From Glaciecola sp. (GTDB lineage: Bacteria; Pseudomonadota; Gammaproteobacteria; Enterobacterales; Alteromonadaceae): a DNA stretch of 64,000 nucleotides. The stretch covers positions 12,946-76,945 of the forward strand of contig CBFIAR010000002.1 of assembly GCA_965660625.1 (NCBI GenBank), in the 5' to 3' direction. Below the pieces are notes generated by a model, which searched no databases, was not told the origin of the DNA, and saw only the letters and a program-made list of their open reading frames with translations. Below are positions 1 to 9,250 of the stretch, in pieces (within the stretch, counting starts at the first letter, position 1; each line of letters opens with the position of its first letter). The position numbers and the translations under genes were made by a program.

Positions 1-1643
1 TGCGCCGAATCAGGCAGTTCGTCATTTAGCCAATGGGGATATTTACCCCCTTCGATCGGGTTAATCACCCCCGCTAAATGGCCGGAACCTGCGAGCACAA
101 AACGACTCTCACCCGACACTAATTTAGTTCCTTTGTAAGCTCCTTGCCAAAGAACGATGTGATCAGCAACAGTAGATAAAAAGTAGCTGGGCATATCAAT
201 TTTGCCTAAATCAATCGGCACTCCATCAATAATAACGGCGCCAGGGTCCTTTAGTTTGTTTTCCCAATAGGTGGTGCGCATATATTGTGTGAAGCATGCT
301 GCTGGGATGTTGGTGGCATCACTATTCCAATACAATATATCAAATGGCGCAGGGTCTTTACCCTTAAGGTAATTCTCTATAAAAAATGACCAAAATAAGT
401 TGTTTTCACGCAGTAGACTGAAGCTCATGCCGATTATTCGGCCATCAAATACGCCTTTTAATTCCGCGTTCTTCTCAATCATCGGCAACATGTCTTCAGA
501 GAAGTAATTTCCAACTTCGCCAGGCTCACTAAAGTCTAGCAAGGTCGTTAAAAAAGTGAGCGAAGCGATTGAATCGTCATTAATGGCCCGTAAATAGGCA
601 GCGGTCATTGCCAGCAAAGTACCGCCAACGCAAAATCCGGTTAAATTGACCTTTTTTTGGTTCGTTATGGCTTTTACCTGCTCAATTGCCGCAAGTGGGC
701 CTTTGCGCATGTAATCTTCGAAGTCATTGTCTGCTAACTTGGATGTGGGGTTTACCCAAGAAATCATGAATACTGAATAGCCTGCATTCAGCAAGCCCAT
801 TACCATCGACTTCTTCTCATCCAGATCAAGAACATAGTATTTGTTAATAAACGGTGGGGTTATCAGCACTGGCACTTGATAGTGCTTTTTTTGAATGGGA
901 GTGTAATGAATAAGCTGAATAAGTTCGTTTTGAAATACAACCTTTCCGGGTGTATAGGCTAAATTTTCACCTAATTTAAAAGCATCGCTGTCAGACTGTC
1001 GCATTTTGAATGCTTCCAAAGGACTTTTTTCTAAGTCCTCAAGAAAGTTCTGCATACCTTTAACTAAATTTTGACCTTTACTGTTGATAACTTCCTCACA
1101 AACCTCTGGGTTTGTTAGTACAAAATTAGTCGGTGAGAGCGAATTCACATACTGGCGAGTAAAAAATTTGGCTTGCTTTGCCGCTTTTTCATCACTGAAC
1201 TCAATTGCATCGATCATGTTGCTGAGCATATCGGCATTAGCTAAATAAGATTCTTTTATGTACCGAAATACCGGGTTTTTTTCCCAATCACTGTGCGCAA
1301 ACCTCCGGTCATTGGTTTTTTCTTTTGATGCAGCGGCTGCCGGATTTTCGGTTTTGTTGTTTTCGGCTAAGCTCTGTCCCAACATTGCTTTAGAAGCTTG
1401 TTGCCACAAATCAGTTTGTTTTTGCATGTATTGCATTTGCTGTTGAATGAGTTTATTCGAATCAACTTTAATATCGCCGTTTAACAAGGCTGCTAACTTT
1501 TGCGGGTCAAACATCCCCGGCACCGATGCTCCGGCGCCTTCTGCTGTTTTGTTTGTTCTTGTTAACACCTCTTGAGCCAGTGCATTAAATACGGTCGCAT
1601 ATTTTTCTATATACGCTAAAACTTCGGTTTCATCCGTACTCAT
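1..1643 (-). CDS. phaC: Class I poly(R)-hydroxyalkanoate synthase, partial (3' end runs off the window start)
   Basis: Hand translation of the minus strand gives the lipase box VNLTGFCVGGTLLA (about 600-650), PVLITPPFINKYYVLDL and FDILYWNSDATN. ATG at 1643 follows a GGAG RBS. Absent from the ORF track because no stop falls in the window. Confidence 0.93.
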   Translation of the reverse strand, partial: MSTDETEVLAYIEKYATVFNALAQEVLTRTNKTAEGAGASVPGMFDPQKLAALLNGDIKVDSNKLIQQQMQYMQKQTDLWQQASKAMLGQSLAENNKTENPAAAASKEKTNDRRFAHSDWEKNPVFRYIKESYLANADMLSNMIDAIEFSDEKAAKQAKFFTRQYVNSLSPTNFVLTNPEVCEEVINSKGQNLVKGMQNFLEDLEKSPLEAFKMRQSDSDAFKLGENLAYTPGKVVFQNELIQLIHYTPIQKKHYQVPVLITPPFINKYYVLDLDEKKSMVMGLLNAGYSVFMISWVNPTSKLADNDFEDYMRKGPLAAIEQVKAITNQKKVNLTGFCVGGTLLAMTAAYLRAINDDSIASLTFLTTLLDFSEPGEVGNYFSEDMLPMIEKNAELKGVFDGRIIGMSFSLLRENNLFWSFFIENYLKGKDPAPFDILYWNSDATNIPAACFTQYMRTTYWENKLKDPGAVIIDGVPIDLGKIDMPSYFLSTVADHIVLWQGAYKGTKLVSGESRFVLAGSGHLAGVINPIEGGKYPHWLNDELPDSA

Positions 1644-1662
1644 ATTCATTCTCCATTCTATG

Positions 1663-1902
1663 CTAGTCGGACTTTTTCTGTCCTTTTAAAAAACCGTCCA
1701 TCATTTTTTGGTAGGCAGTAAAGCCTGTGAGTCCATTTTCTAGTGATGGTTTGATGAATGTTTCAAAGGCTTTCTGTGGATCCTGCGCGCATTTCTCTGC
1801 GAGTTCTTCTGTTATCGTTGTGTGCAGTTGACTAAAATCTGGAAGTCCAAAGATTTCGCGTGCTTCGGCAGGACTCAGTTCTAATTCAATTTTGACTTTC
1901 AT
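1663..1902 (-). CDS. Small hypothetical protein upstream of phaC (DUF6489-like)
   Basis: 79-aa ORF MKVKIELELSPAEAREIFGLPD with a GGAG RBS, co-oriented with phaC and 19 bp from its start. The family name is from recollection of the N-terminal motif. Confidence 0.7.
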   Translation of the reverse strand: MKVKIELELSPAEAREIFGLPDFSQLHTTITEELAEKCAQDPQKAFETFIKPSLENGLTGFTAYQKMMDGFLKGQKKSD

Positions 1903-2292
1903 AGGATTTTCTCCAGAATGACCTAATGCAAATTAAACAGTTTAGTACAAATAGACAGCATTTTTATCAAGATTCTTTTCATCAACAGCTCGTCAAATTA
2001 TCAACGATGATAGCGTATTTTATTGTTGCTGAACTTTTAGCCTATGCCGCGGCCTAAACAATGTCTATAGTTTTCGACTATTGTAGTAGGTTAATTCTGC
2101 ATTCTCATGCACTTAGTTATGTTTAACAGCGCATGGGGCTCTATTTATTTAATAGATGGACGACTCACTAGACTAACAAAACCTCTCGCTTAGCGACAAT
2201 ATACGATTACAACGCGGCAATTTATCACTAGAATGCGCTATAAAGTAAATTGAATAAACACGCATCAAAACTCATAAAGAGAAAAAAACGCT

Positions 2293-4626
2293 TTGAAGAT
2301 TAAAGAATTACCTCTATTGCCCTTTAGGTGGCTAAAACGCCACTTTTGGAAACTGTTCATTGTTGCTTTAGCCGCCTCTGTATCCTATGTGATCTATGTT
2401 GATGCTCAAGTAAAACAACGATTTGAGGGCAACAAGTGGCAAGTGCCTGCGCAAATATTTGCACGCCCATTAACGCTGCAAGTCAAACAAGAGATTACAA
2501 TTGGGGAAGTAAAAGATGAATTGAGCTTATTGGGATATAGGCGAGTTTCTAGTGCGAAATTGACAGGTGAGTATCAGACCTATTCAAATCAACTTCGCAT
2601 ACAACGTAGAGCCTTTCATTTTCCAAATGGTTATGAACCAGAGCGAGATATACGCATTACTTGGCAAGACGAACGTATTGCTAAAATCGAATATTTACTA
2701 GGGACAGGTACTCATCCAACGGCAAAGTCGATTGCATTGACGCGCCTAGAACCTTGGTTAGTGTCTCGCTTAGTGAATGGGCTTGAAGAAGACCGCATGT
2801 TGGTTGGTAAGGAGGACATTCCCTTATTATTACAAAAAGCATTGGTGATCGTTGAAGACCGCGATTTTTATCAGCATCATGGTGTTGCACCAACATCGAT
2901 CATTCGCGCGTTTTTTGCAAATATCGTCGCAGGCAGAACGGTACAAGGTGGCAGCACTTTAACTCAACAGTTAGCCAAGAACTTCTTTTTGACCCGAGAG
3001 CGCTCCTACATTCGAAAGGCTAAAGAAGCGGTCATGGCATTAGTGATAGACGCTAGATATTCGAAGGAAGAAATCATTAATGCCTATATAAATGAAGTAT
3101 TTCTTGGGCAAAATGGCGCGGTAGCAGTTCATGGGTTTGGTTTGGCAAGTCACTTTTATTTTGACAAACCACTACCTGAACTCTCTGTTCCTGAAATAGC
3201 AACGTTGATAGGCTTGGTAAAAGGGCCGTCGTTTTACTCGCCCAGTAAACACCCTCAACGTGCGTTAGAGCGTCGTAATGTTGTGTTGCGCTTGCTGTTT
3301 GAAGCCAACGAGATTACTAGCAAAGATTATGCGGGTTTTGTCGCTGCGCCTTTGAATACCGCGAGTAGTGAAAGTTTAGCCAGTGGCAAGCATCCCGCCT
3401 TTATGGATAAAGTGCGTGACGAACTCAATACTGTGATTAGCCGTCGGTCAGAGCAATTATCAGGGGTAAAACTTTATACAACCTTAGATATAAACGCGCA
3501 GCGTCGCGCGGAAGCGGCAGTGAAAGAGCAAGTTGATAGTATCGCAAAAAAACGTGACCAAGCAGACTTAGAAGCGGCAATGGTTGTCTCTGATGTTCAA
3601 AGTGGTGAAATTAGAGCCATAGTGGGTGGTAAAACAGCTGGATTTAGCGGCTTCAACCGTGCCTTGAATGCTTACCGTCCTATTGGCTCTTTGGTCAAGC
3701 CGGCGGTTTATTTATCAGCACTAGAGGACCCAGTGCATTACAATTTAGCGACTATGCTTGAAGATACTCCAGTTAAAATGCGCAGTACCGGCGGTCAGTA
3801 TTGGGAGCCGTTAAATGCCGATAAAAAATTTCGTGGGCAAGTATCTTTAATTGAAGCGCTGACCAAATCATATAATGTGCCAAGCGTAAAATTAGGTATA
3901 GCAGTTGGTTTAGAGGAAGTGGCTTACACAATTAATCGTCTTGGTGTTGATAAAGACATAACGCTAGTGCCTGCGCTTACTCTCGGAGCTATTGATTTAT
4001 CTCCTTTGCAGGTCAATCAAATGTATCAAACCATTGCCAATAATGGGGTTATGAATCAACTGCATAGCTTAACAGCGGTGACATCAAACGAAAATGAACT
4101 ACTGTATTTGCGCGACGTTGCAAGTGAAATTAGAGCCGATGAATCGGCGACGTATTTAATTAATTATGCACTGCATAAGGTTACGCTTGAAGGCACAGCA
4201 AAAGCGGTAAGAAAGACTTTTCCAAATATCAATATGGCAGGAAAAACCGGCACAACAAATGATTATAGAGACAGTTGGTTTGCGGGCTTTGACCGAAACT
4301 TAGTGACCAGCGTGTGGATGGGCTCGGACGATAATGCGCCTGTTAATCTATCGGGTGCAAGCGGCGCAATGCAGGTTTTTATTGCTTTTCAGAAGAGGCA
4401 GTCACCTAAAAACCTATCTCGACGCTTTCCTGAAGGTCTCGGTATAGTGCATTTTGATGCTATAACAGGACAGCTTTCAGCGCCTAGTTGTGGTGATATT
4501 CTAAGTGTTCCCGCAATTCTCAGCGCGCTACCCGAAACTGCTCGCGGCTGTAATGGCCAACCCGCCGTTAGAATGCAGCCTAAAAAGAAACCCAAGTCGT
4601 TCTGGGAGAAGCTGTTCGGAGAGTAA
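2293..4626 (+). CDS. mrcB: Penicillin-binding protein 1B (bifunctional transglycosylase/transpeptidase)
   Basis: N-terminal TM segment, UB2H-like region, GT motifs EDRDFYQH and QGGSTLTQQLAKN, TP motifs SLVK, SYN and KTG. TTG start. Confidence 0.95.
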   Translation: MKIKELPLLPFRWLKRHFWKLFIVALAASVSYVIYVDAQVKQRFEGNKWQVPAQIFARPLTLQVKQEITIGEVKDELSLLGYRRVSSAKLTGEYQTYSNQLRIQRRAFHFPNGYEPERDIRITWQDERIAKIEYLLGTGTHPTAKSIALTRLEPWLVSRLVNGLEEDRMLVGKEDIPLLLQKALVIVEDRDFYQHHGVAPTSIIRAFFANIVAGRTVQGGSTLTQQLAKNFFLTRERSYIRKAKEAVMALVIDARYSKEEIINAYINEVFLGQNGAVAVHGFGLASHFYFDKPLPELSVPEIATLIGLVKGPSFYSPSKHPQRALERRNVVLRLLFEANEITSKDYAGFVAAPLNTASSESLASGKHPAFMDKVRDELNTVISRRSEQLSGVKLYTTLDINAQRRAEAAVKEQVDSIAKKRDQADLEAAMVVSDVQSGEIRAIVGGKTAGFSGFNRALNAYRPIGSLVKPAVYLSALEDPVHYNLATMLEDTPVKMRSTGGQYWEPLNADKKFRGQVSLIEALTKSYNVPSVKLGIAVGLEEVAYTINRLGVDKDITLVPALTLGAIDLSPLQVNQMYQTIANNGVMNQLHSLTAVTSNENELLYLRDVASEIRADESATYLINYALHKVTLEGTAKAVRKTFPNINMAGKTGTTNDYRDSWFAGFDRNLVTSVWMGSDDNAPVNLSGASGAMQVFIAFQKRQSPKNLSRRFPEGLGIVHFDAITGQLSAPSCGDILSVPAILSALPETARGCNGQPAVRMQPKKKPKSFWEKLFGE

Positions 4627-4701
4627 CGCCAACGGTATTTCTTGCCTCATGTATCAGCTGTAATGTAATTAACACTGCCCCCTTTATTTTTGTAATGCTA
4701 C

Positions 4702-4747
4702 TGCGTCCTTATGGGGCGAATACTTCTAATTGCACCATTGTGGTGCT
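4702..4747. promoter_or_regulatory. Two NtrC binding sites upstream of glnK-amtB
   Basis: TGCACCATTGTGGTGCT (4731-4747) is near-consensus TGCACCAWWWTGGTGCA. A weaker site TGCGTCCTTATGGGGCG lies at 4702-4718. Confidence 0.8.
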
Positions 4748-4806
4748 CATCTGCATGTCTATAACGATAAAATAATCCTTATGTTACTGATTTAAAAGAC
4801 TATTAA

Positions 4807-5214
<408 letters not shown>

Positions 5215-5244
5215 GTCGCGCAGCCAGAAAACCGGAGAACAAAA

Positions 5245-6564
5245 ATGGAAATCACATTCGAACTTGGGTATGCATTAGATACCTTTTACTTCTTAATCTG
5301 TGGCGCACTAGTAATGTGGATGGCGGCAGGTTTTACCATGTTAGAAGCGGGTTTAGTCCGCGCTAAAAACACCACTGAAATATTAACCAAAAACGTAGCA
5401 CTGTATGCCATCGCTTGTATCATGTACATGATATGCGGTTACAGCATTATGTATGGTGGAGATGACTTTAGTTTCTTCCTCAAAGATATTGTAGCTGACG
5501 GTGCAACAGGCGCTGCGGAACCTGCTACATATTCACCTTCAGCAGATTTTTTCTTCCAGGTGGTATTCGTTGCAACAGCAATGTCAATCGTATCTGGCGC
5601 GGTTGCTGAGCGTATGAAGCTTTGGGCATTCTTGGCATTTGCAGTGGTGTTAACGGCTTTCATTTATCCAATGTCTGGTTCTTGGACTTGGGGCGGCGCT
5701 GACGTATTTGGTATGTTTAATTTAGGCGCACCAGTACCAGAAGATGCTGCTGCTGACTGGATGCCAGCGTTCCGTTTCTCAGACTTTGCTGGTTCAGGTA
5801 TTGTGCATATGGCGGGTGCTGCTGCAGCATTGGCTGGTGTATTAGTGCTTGGTGCTCGTAAAGGTAAGTATGGCGCAGACGGTCGTGTTAACGCGATCCC
5901 TGGTGCAAACTTGCCATTAGCTACATTAGGTACATTCATACTGTGGATGGGCTGGTTCGGTTTCAACGGTGGTTCTGTTTTAGCGACAGCAAGTGTTGAA
6001 AGTGCGAATGCGGTTGCAGTTGTCTTTATGAATACTAACATGGCTGCTGCCGGTGGCTTAGTCGCTGCATTATTGCTAGCGAGAGTGCTTTTCGGTAAAG
6101 CTGATTTGACGATGGCATTGAACGGCGCATTAGCTGGCTTGGTCGCGATTACTGCAGAACCGTCTACACCAACCCCTTTGCAAGCAACACTGTTCGGCGC
6201 TTTGGGCGGAGCTCTAGTGGTAGGAAGTATTTTAGCCTTGGATAAATTGAAGATTGATGATCCAGTCGGTGCAATCTCTGTTCACGGTGTCGTTGGCTTC
6301 TTAGGTCTGATGTTAGTGCCATTCACTAATCCGTTAACTGTCGATGTTGCTGGCGGTGGAACTGGTGGTGCAACGTTTGTCGGACAACTTGTGGGTGCTT
6401 TGACCATTTTCTTCTGGGTATTCGTGACGAGCTTAGTTGTTTGGTTAGCGCTTAAAGCCATCATTGGTATACGAGTTACTGAGGAAGAAGAGTTTGAAGG
6501 CGTAGACATGAGTGAGTGTGGATTAGAAGCTTACCCAGACTTTACTACTAGCCGTCAAAACTAA
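5245..6564 (+). CDS. amtB: Ammonium transporter
   Basis: Multi-TM protein with DFAGSGIVHMAGA, WMGWFGFNGGS and DDPVGAISVHG motifs. Confidence 0.97.
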   Translation: MEITFELGYALDTFYFLICGALVMWMAAGFTMLEAGLVRAKNTTEILTKNVALYAIACIMYMICGYSIMYGGDDFSFFLKDIVADGATGAAEPATYSPSADFFFQVVFVATAMSIVSGAVAERMKLWAFLAFAVVLTAFIYPMSGSWTWGGADVFGMFNLGAPVPEDAAADWMPAFRFSDFAGSGIVHMAGAAAALAGVLVLGARKGKYGADGRVNAIPGANLPLATLGTFILWMGWFGFNGGSVLATASVESANAVAVVFMNTNMAAAGGLVAALLLARVLFGKADLTMALNGALAGLVAITAEPSTPTPLQATLFGALGGALVVGSILALDKLKIDDPVGAISVHGVVGFLGLMLVPFTNPLTVDVAGGGTGGATFVGQLVGALTIFFWVFVTSLVVWLALKAIIGIRVTEEEEFEGVDMSECGLEAYPDFTTSRQN

Positions 6565-6691
6565 TTTGATTTTGCTTAAGAGCCGGCCACGGACAGCTAG
6601 CTCTACGAAGAAAACTCAAGGAAGATGCAGGGAAGCACTAATTGGCGTGAAAATAACAATAAGCACACGCCAATAGTTATTGTTAACAATC

Positions 6692-6718
6692 AGCCTCGAT
6701 TAATCGGGGCTTTTTTTT
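6692..6718 (+). terminator. Rho-independent terminator of glnK-amtB
   Basis: AGCCTCGA-TTAA-TCGGGGCT hairpin followed by a T8 run. Confidence 0.8.
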
Positions 6719-6963
6719 ATGCCATTCTATTTATAGCCCTTATATTTTCTGTCGCTCTTGCAACTGATTTACGCTTATTAAACACAGGCGTTCCGTTGAC
6801 CCATTCTTATAATACTAACCATGACATTTCTTACGGTGGTGAATCGTGGCAAAAACTAGATATTTATCGAGCCCGAGATGCCGACGAAAATACGCCGGTC
6901 ATCGTTTTCTTTTTTTGTGGTGGCTGGTCTTGGGGATATAAAGCCTATTTTGAATTTTTGTAA
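6715..6963 (+). pseudogene. Fragment of an exported alpha/beta-hydrolase (esterase/lipase), truncated at both ends
   Basis: Hydrophobic signal-like stretch, then LLNTGVP...DISYGGESWQKLDIY...PVIVFFFCGGWSWG, typical of the N-terminus of carboxylesterase-like hydrolases. TAA at 6961-6963 falls before any GxSxG motif, and there is no proper start after the terminator. Confidence 0.65.
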
Positions 6964-6966
6964 TTT

Positions 6967-6996
6967 TGATTACTCTTTAGAAATTATCAGCGGTTA
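6967..6996. repeat. Palindromic-site copy at the island's left junction
   Basis: TGAT-N22-GTTA followed by CT. CAGCGGTTACT (6988-6998) matches CAGCGGTCACT (9224-9234) at 10/11. It lies 7 bp beyond the stop of the 7004-7213 ORF and 3 bp after the hydrolase truncation. Confidence 0.5.
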
Positions 6997-7003
6997 CTGA
7001 GCT

Positions 7004-7213
7004 TTAATAGCATGAATTCGGTGTTGTCCCCGGATTGATCTCGCCACCAAGCTCGTCAGGATCTATCTCTAATTCAAATAATACTGCGCGAACAAATTCA
7101 ATTTGTTCAAGCACTCGTTTGTAGTCGTCACCATACTCATACTTGTTTACTTCTATTGATTGAGGCATGAACGTATATGCGATTTTGAGGGCTTGAAGCT
7201 GGTCTTCGGTCAT
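7004..7213 (-). CDS. Small acidic hypothetical protein (69 aa)
   Basis: MTEDQLQALKIAYTFMPQSIEVNKYEYG... with an AGGA RBS upstream of ATG 7213. The ORF track extension to 7342 looks non-coding. Confidence 0.6.
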   Translation of the reverse strand: MTEDQLQALKIAYTFMPQSIEVNKYEYGDDYKRVLEQIEFVRAVLFELEIDPDELGGEINPGTTPNSCY

Positions 7214-7745
7214 GTTGGTATTCCTTTTTTTTGGCATTTTAAAGAAGCATAGCACAGCAAATTTACTAAGGGACCAGTTTGCAGGCGCAAACCTCTCCAA
7301 AAATACCAGGCGATACCAGCGAGTAGCAACACTAACTATCACTCAATATAGTATACCCTGCTTGGTTAACCTTTCACTTTTTTAAGAACGTTCACTGACA
7401 ATTGCGGTTGCTTATTTCAAAGTCGGTTAGACGGCATAAGTAATCATACTGCCGTTATAATTGTGCGAAAATTTTTGCGGCGTAGGCAACCATTTAGATT
7501 GGAAGTTTTGATGGGATGTTGCATATTTCCAGCCTAATTTTGTAGACATTTTTAAAATGGTATTGGACCTTCTTCAGTCGAATGGTGATTTACTGCTCAG
7601 ACAAGCAGATTCACACAACAAAGCTCTGTTCTGCTAAAATAGTTAGTCAGTAAACTCTGAACTGAATACAAACAGCATCTGTTGCATGCAACTGGTATAT
7701 CGTTTATCTTTTGTATAGTTAATAATAAAGTACAGAGATTGTTAG

Positions 7746-8651
7746 ATGGATGAACATGCTTTTACTGTGAAGACCAGAGAGCTTCACAATCACCACTTTG
7801 ATTCTACTATCTGGAACGACTTTCTTTATCGAGACGATGATATTGTTATTTCGACGTACGCTAAGTCTGGGACAACATGGATGCAGCAAATTGTTTCGCA
7901 ACTGCTATTTCCAGGAGAAGCAGACTTGGAAGTTGCTGAGATGTCTCCCTGGTTGGATCTTCGTATACCGCCCAAGGAAGTTAAGTTAGCTGCCGTTGAG
8001 GAGCAGAAGCATCGCCGTTTCATAAAAACACATTTACCGTTAGATGCTGTGGTCTTTTCGGATAAGGCGAAATATATCTACATTGGTCGAGACGGGCGCG
8101 ATGTTCTTTGGAGTCTCTATAACCATCATTCAAACGCCAATGAAGCTTGGTATGATGCTTTAAACAACACTCCTGGTCGAGTTGGTGAAGCTATTGAGCG
8201 GCCGGGCACATCAGTTACCGAGTATTTTGATGAGTGGCTCGCGAAGGATGGGCATCCATTTTGGTCGCTCTGGGAAAATGCTAGGACTTGGTGGTCCATC
8301 CGGAATTTACCAAATGTTCATATGGTACATTTTGCCAATTTAAAAACAGATATGCCGGGCGAAATTCGTCGCATTGCGGCATTCCTTGGTATTTCTATCG
8401 ATGAGTCGAAGTGGGAGAACATACTTCGACACTGCAGTTTTGACTACATGAAAGCAAATGCGGCAAAGAGCGCTCCTTTAGGTGGTGCATTCTGGGAGGG
8501 GGGCGCTGAAACGTTTATTCATAAAGGAACGAATGGACGTTGGCGTGAGCACCTATCAGTTGAGCAAATTGAGCAATACGAGAAGCGTGCGATGGCAGAA
8601 TTAGGTCTAGAATGTTCACGCTGGCTGGCAACAGGTAAGCTAGACGTGTGA
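7746..8651 (+). CDS. PAPS-dependent sulfotransferase (cytosolic SULT-like domain)
   Basis: 5'-PSB loop ISTYAKSGTTWMQQIV, catalytic-region IKTHLP, 3'-PB motif IYIGRDGRDVLWS, C-terminal KGxxGxW (HKGTNGRW). Confidence 0.92.
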   Translation: MDEHAFTVKTRELHNHHFDSTIWNDFLYRDDDIVISTYAKSGTTWMQQIVSQLLFPGEADLEVAEMSPWLDLRIPPKEVKLAAVEEQKHRRFIKTHLPLDAVVFSDKAKYIYIGRDGRDVLWSLYNHHSNANEAWYDALNNTPGRVGEAIERPGTSVTEYFDEWLAKDGHPFWSLWENARTWWSIRNLPNVHMVHFANLKTDMPGEIRRIAAFLGISIDESKWENILRHCSFDYMKANAAKSAPLGGAFWEGGAETFIHKGTNGRWREHLSVEQIEQYEKRAMAELGLECSRWLATGKLDV

Positions 8652-8699
8652 GTATTCTTGTTCCGGCAGGCTTGTACATAAAAAATCGTTGTAGCGGGT

Positions 8700-9235
8700 G
8701 TCAATGAACGCTAGCTCTTGAGAAAAAGTTGTGTCACTTCAGAAAGCTTGGAGAGTTTGCCCTCGACTATTATATTGATAACATTTCGGCTCTCTAGCCG
8801 CTATAGACTGAAGGAAAGCTTAGGTATAATTCTCCAGAGGCATTATGTTTAAATCAAATTTGTCCGCAATGGCTCTCTACGATAAGTTTTGCTATCGCAA
8901 ACCCCAAGCCAGAGTTTTGGAGTTATAATTCAGACAGAATGCTAACATTCCCTATGGTTGTTGGTTGTTTAGAGCGATAATAACTAGTGAAACCTTCAAT
9001 GACTACAAATTGTCATGTTTTGCCTAATCAATTCGGTCTTCAATACGGCAAAAGGGGATTCACGCCACTCAAATTCGTATGAGAGCTTTGTGCCAATAAC
9101 CGACTTTTACCAACATTCATCTGAATTGGTGCTTTGGGCAGATTGCCGGCATTGCCATAAAGCGCTATTTCTGGAGTGGAATGTGTATTTGACCAGAATA
9201 TCTGACCGGCAAGTCCCATCCAACAGCGGTCACTC
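8700..9235. repeat. Run of short degenerate palindromic sites with no coding cargo
   Basis: Related elements near 8705-8738, 8780-8803, 8861-8886, 9000-9015, 9044-9070, 9080-9105, 9127-9151 and 9203-9232. GCTTTGTGCCAATAACCGAC (9085) and GCTTTGGGCAGATTGCCGGC (9131) are 14/20 identical; GGCTCTCTA occurs at both 8788 and 8871. Confidence 0.55.
9203..9232. repeat. 30-bp palindromic site A (TGAC-N10-CATCCAA-N5-GTCA)
   Basis: TGACCGGCAAGTCCCATCCAACAGCGGTCA, 18 bp beyond the recombinase stop. 19/30 ungapped identity to the site at 10332. Confidence 0.7.
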
Positions 9236-9250
9236 GCTGTTCACACAAAC

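Noticed and set aside
6625-6963. 112-aa ORF in the track as an intact gene
   Set aside because: Its first 30 codons run through the amtB trailer hairpin and terminator; only the part after about 6715 looks like protein, so it is treated as a pseudogene fragment.
7533-7548. CCTAATTTTGTAGACA as an IS3-like terminal inverted repeat
   Set aside because: Resemblance is from memory only; no partner repeat or transposase fragment was found nearby.
8700-9235. CRISPR array or phage-type repeat-spacer array
   Set aside because: Repeats are degenerate, of variable length and irregularly spaced; no cas genes are present in the window.
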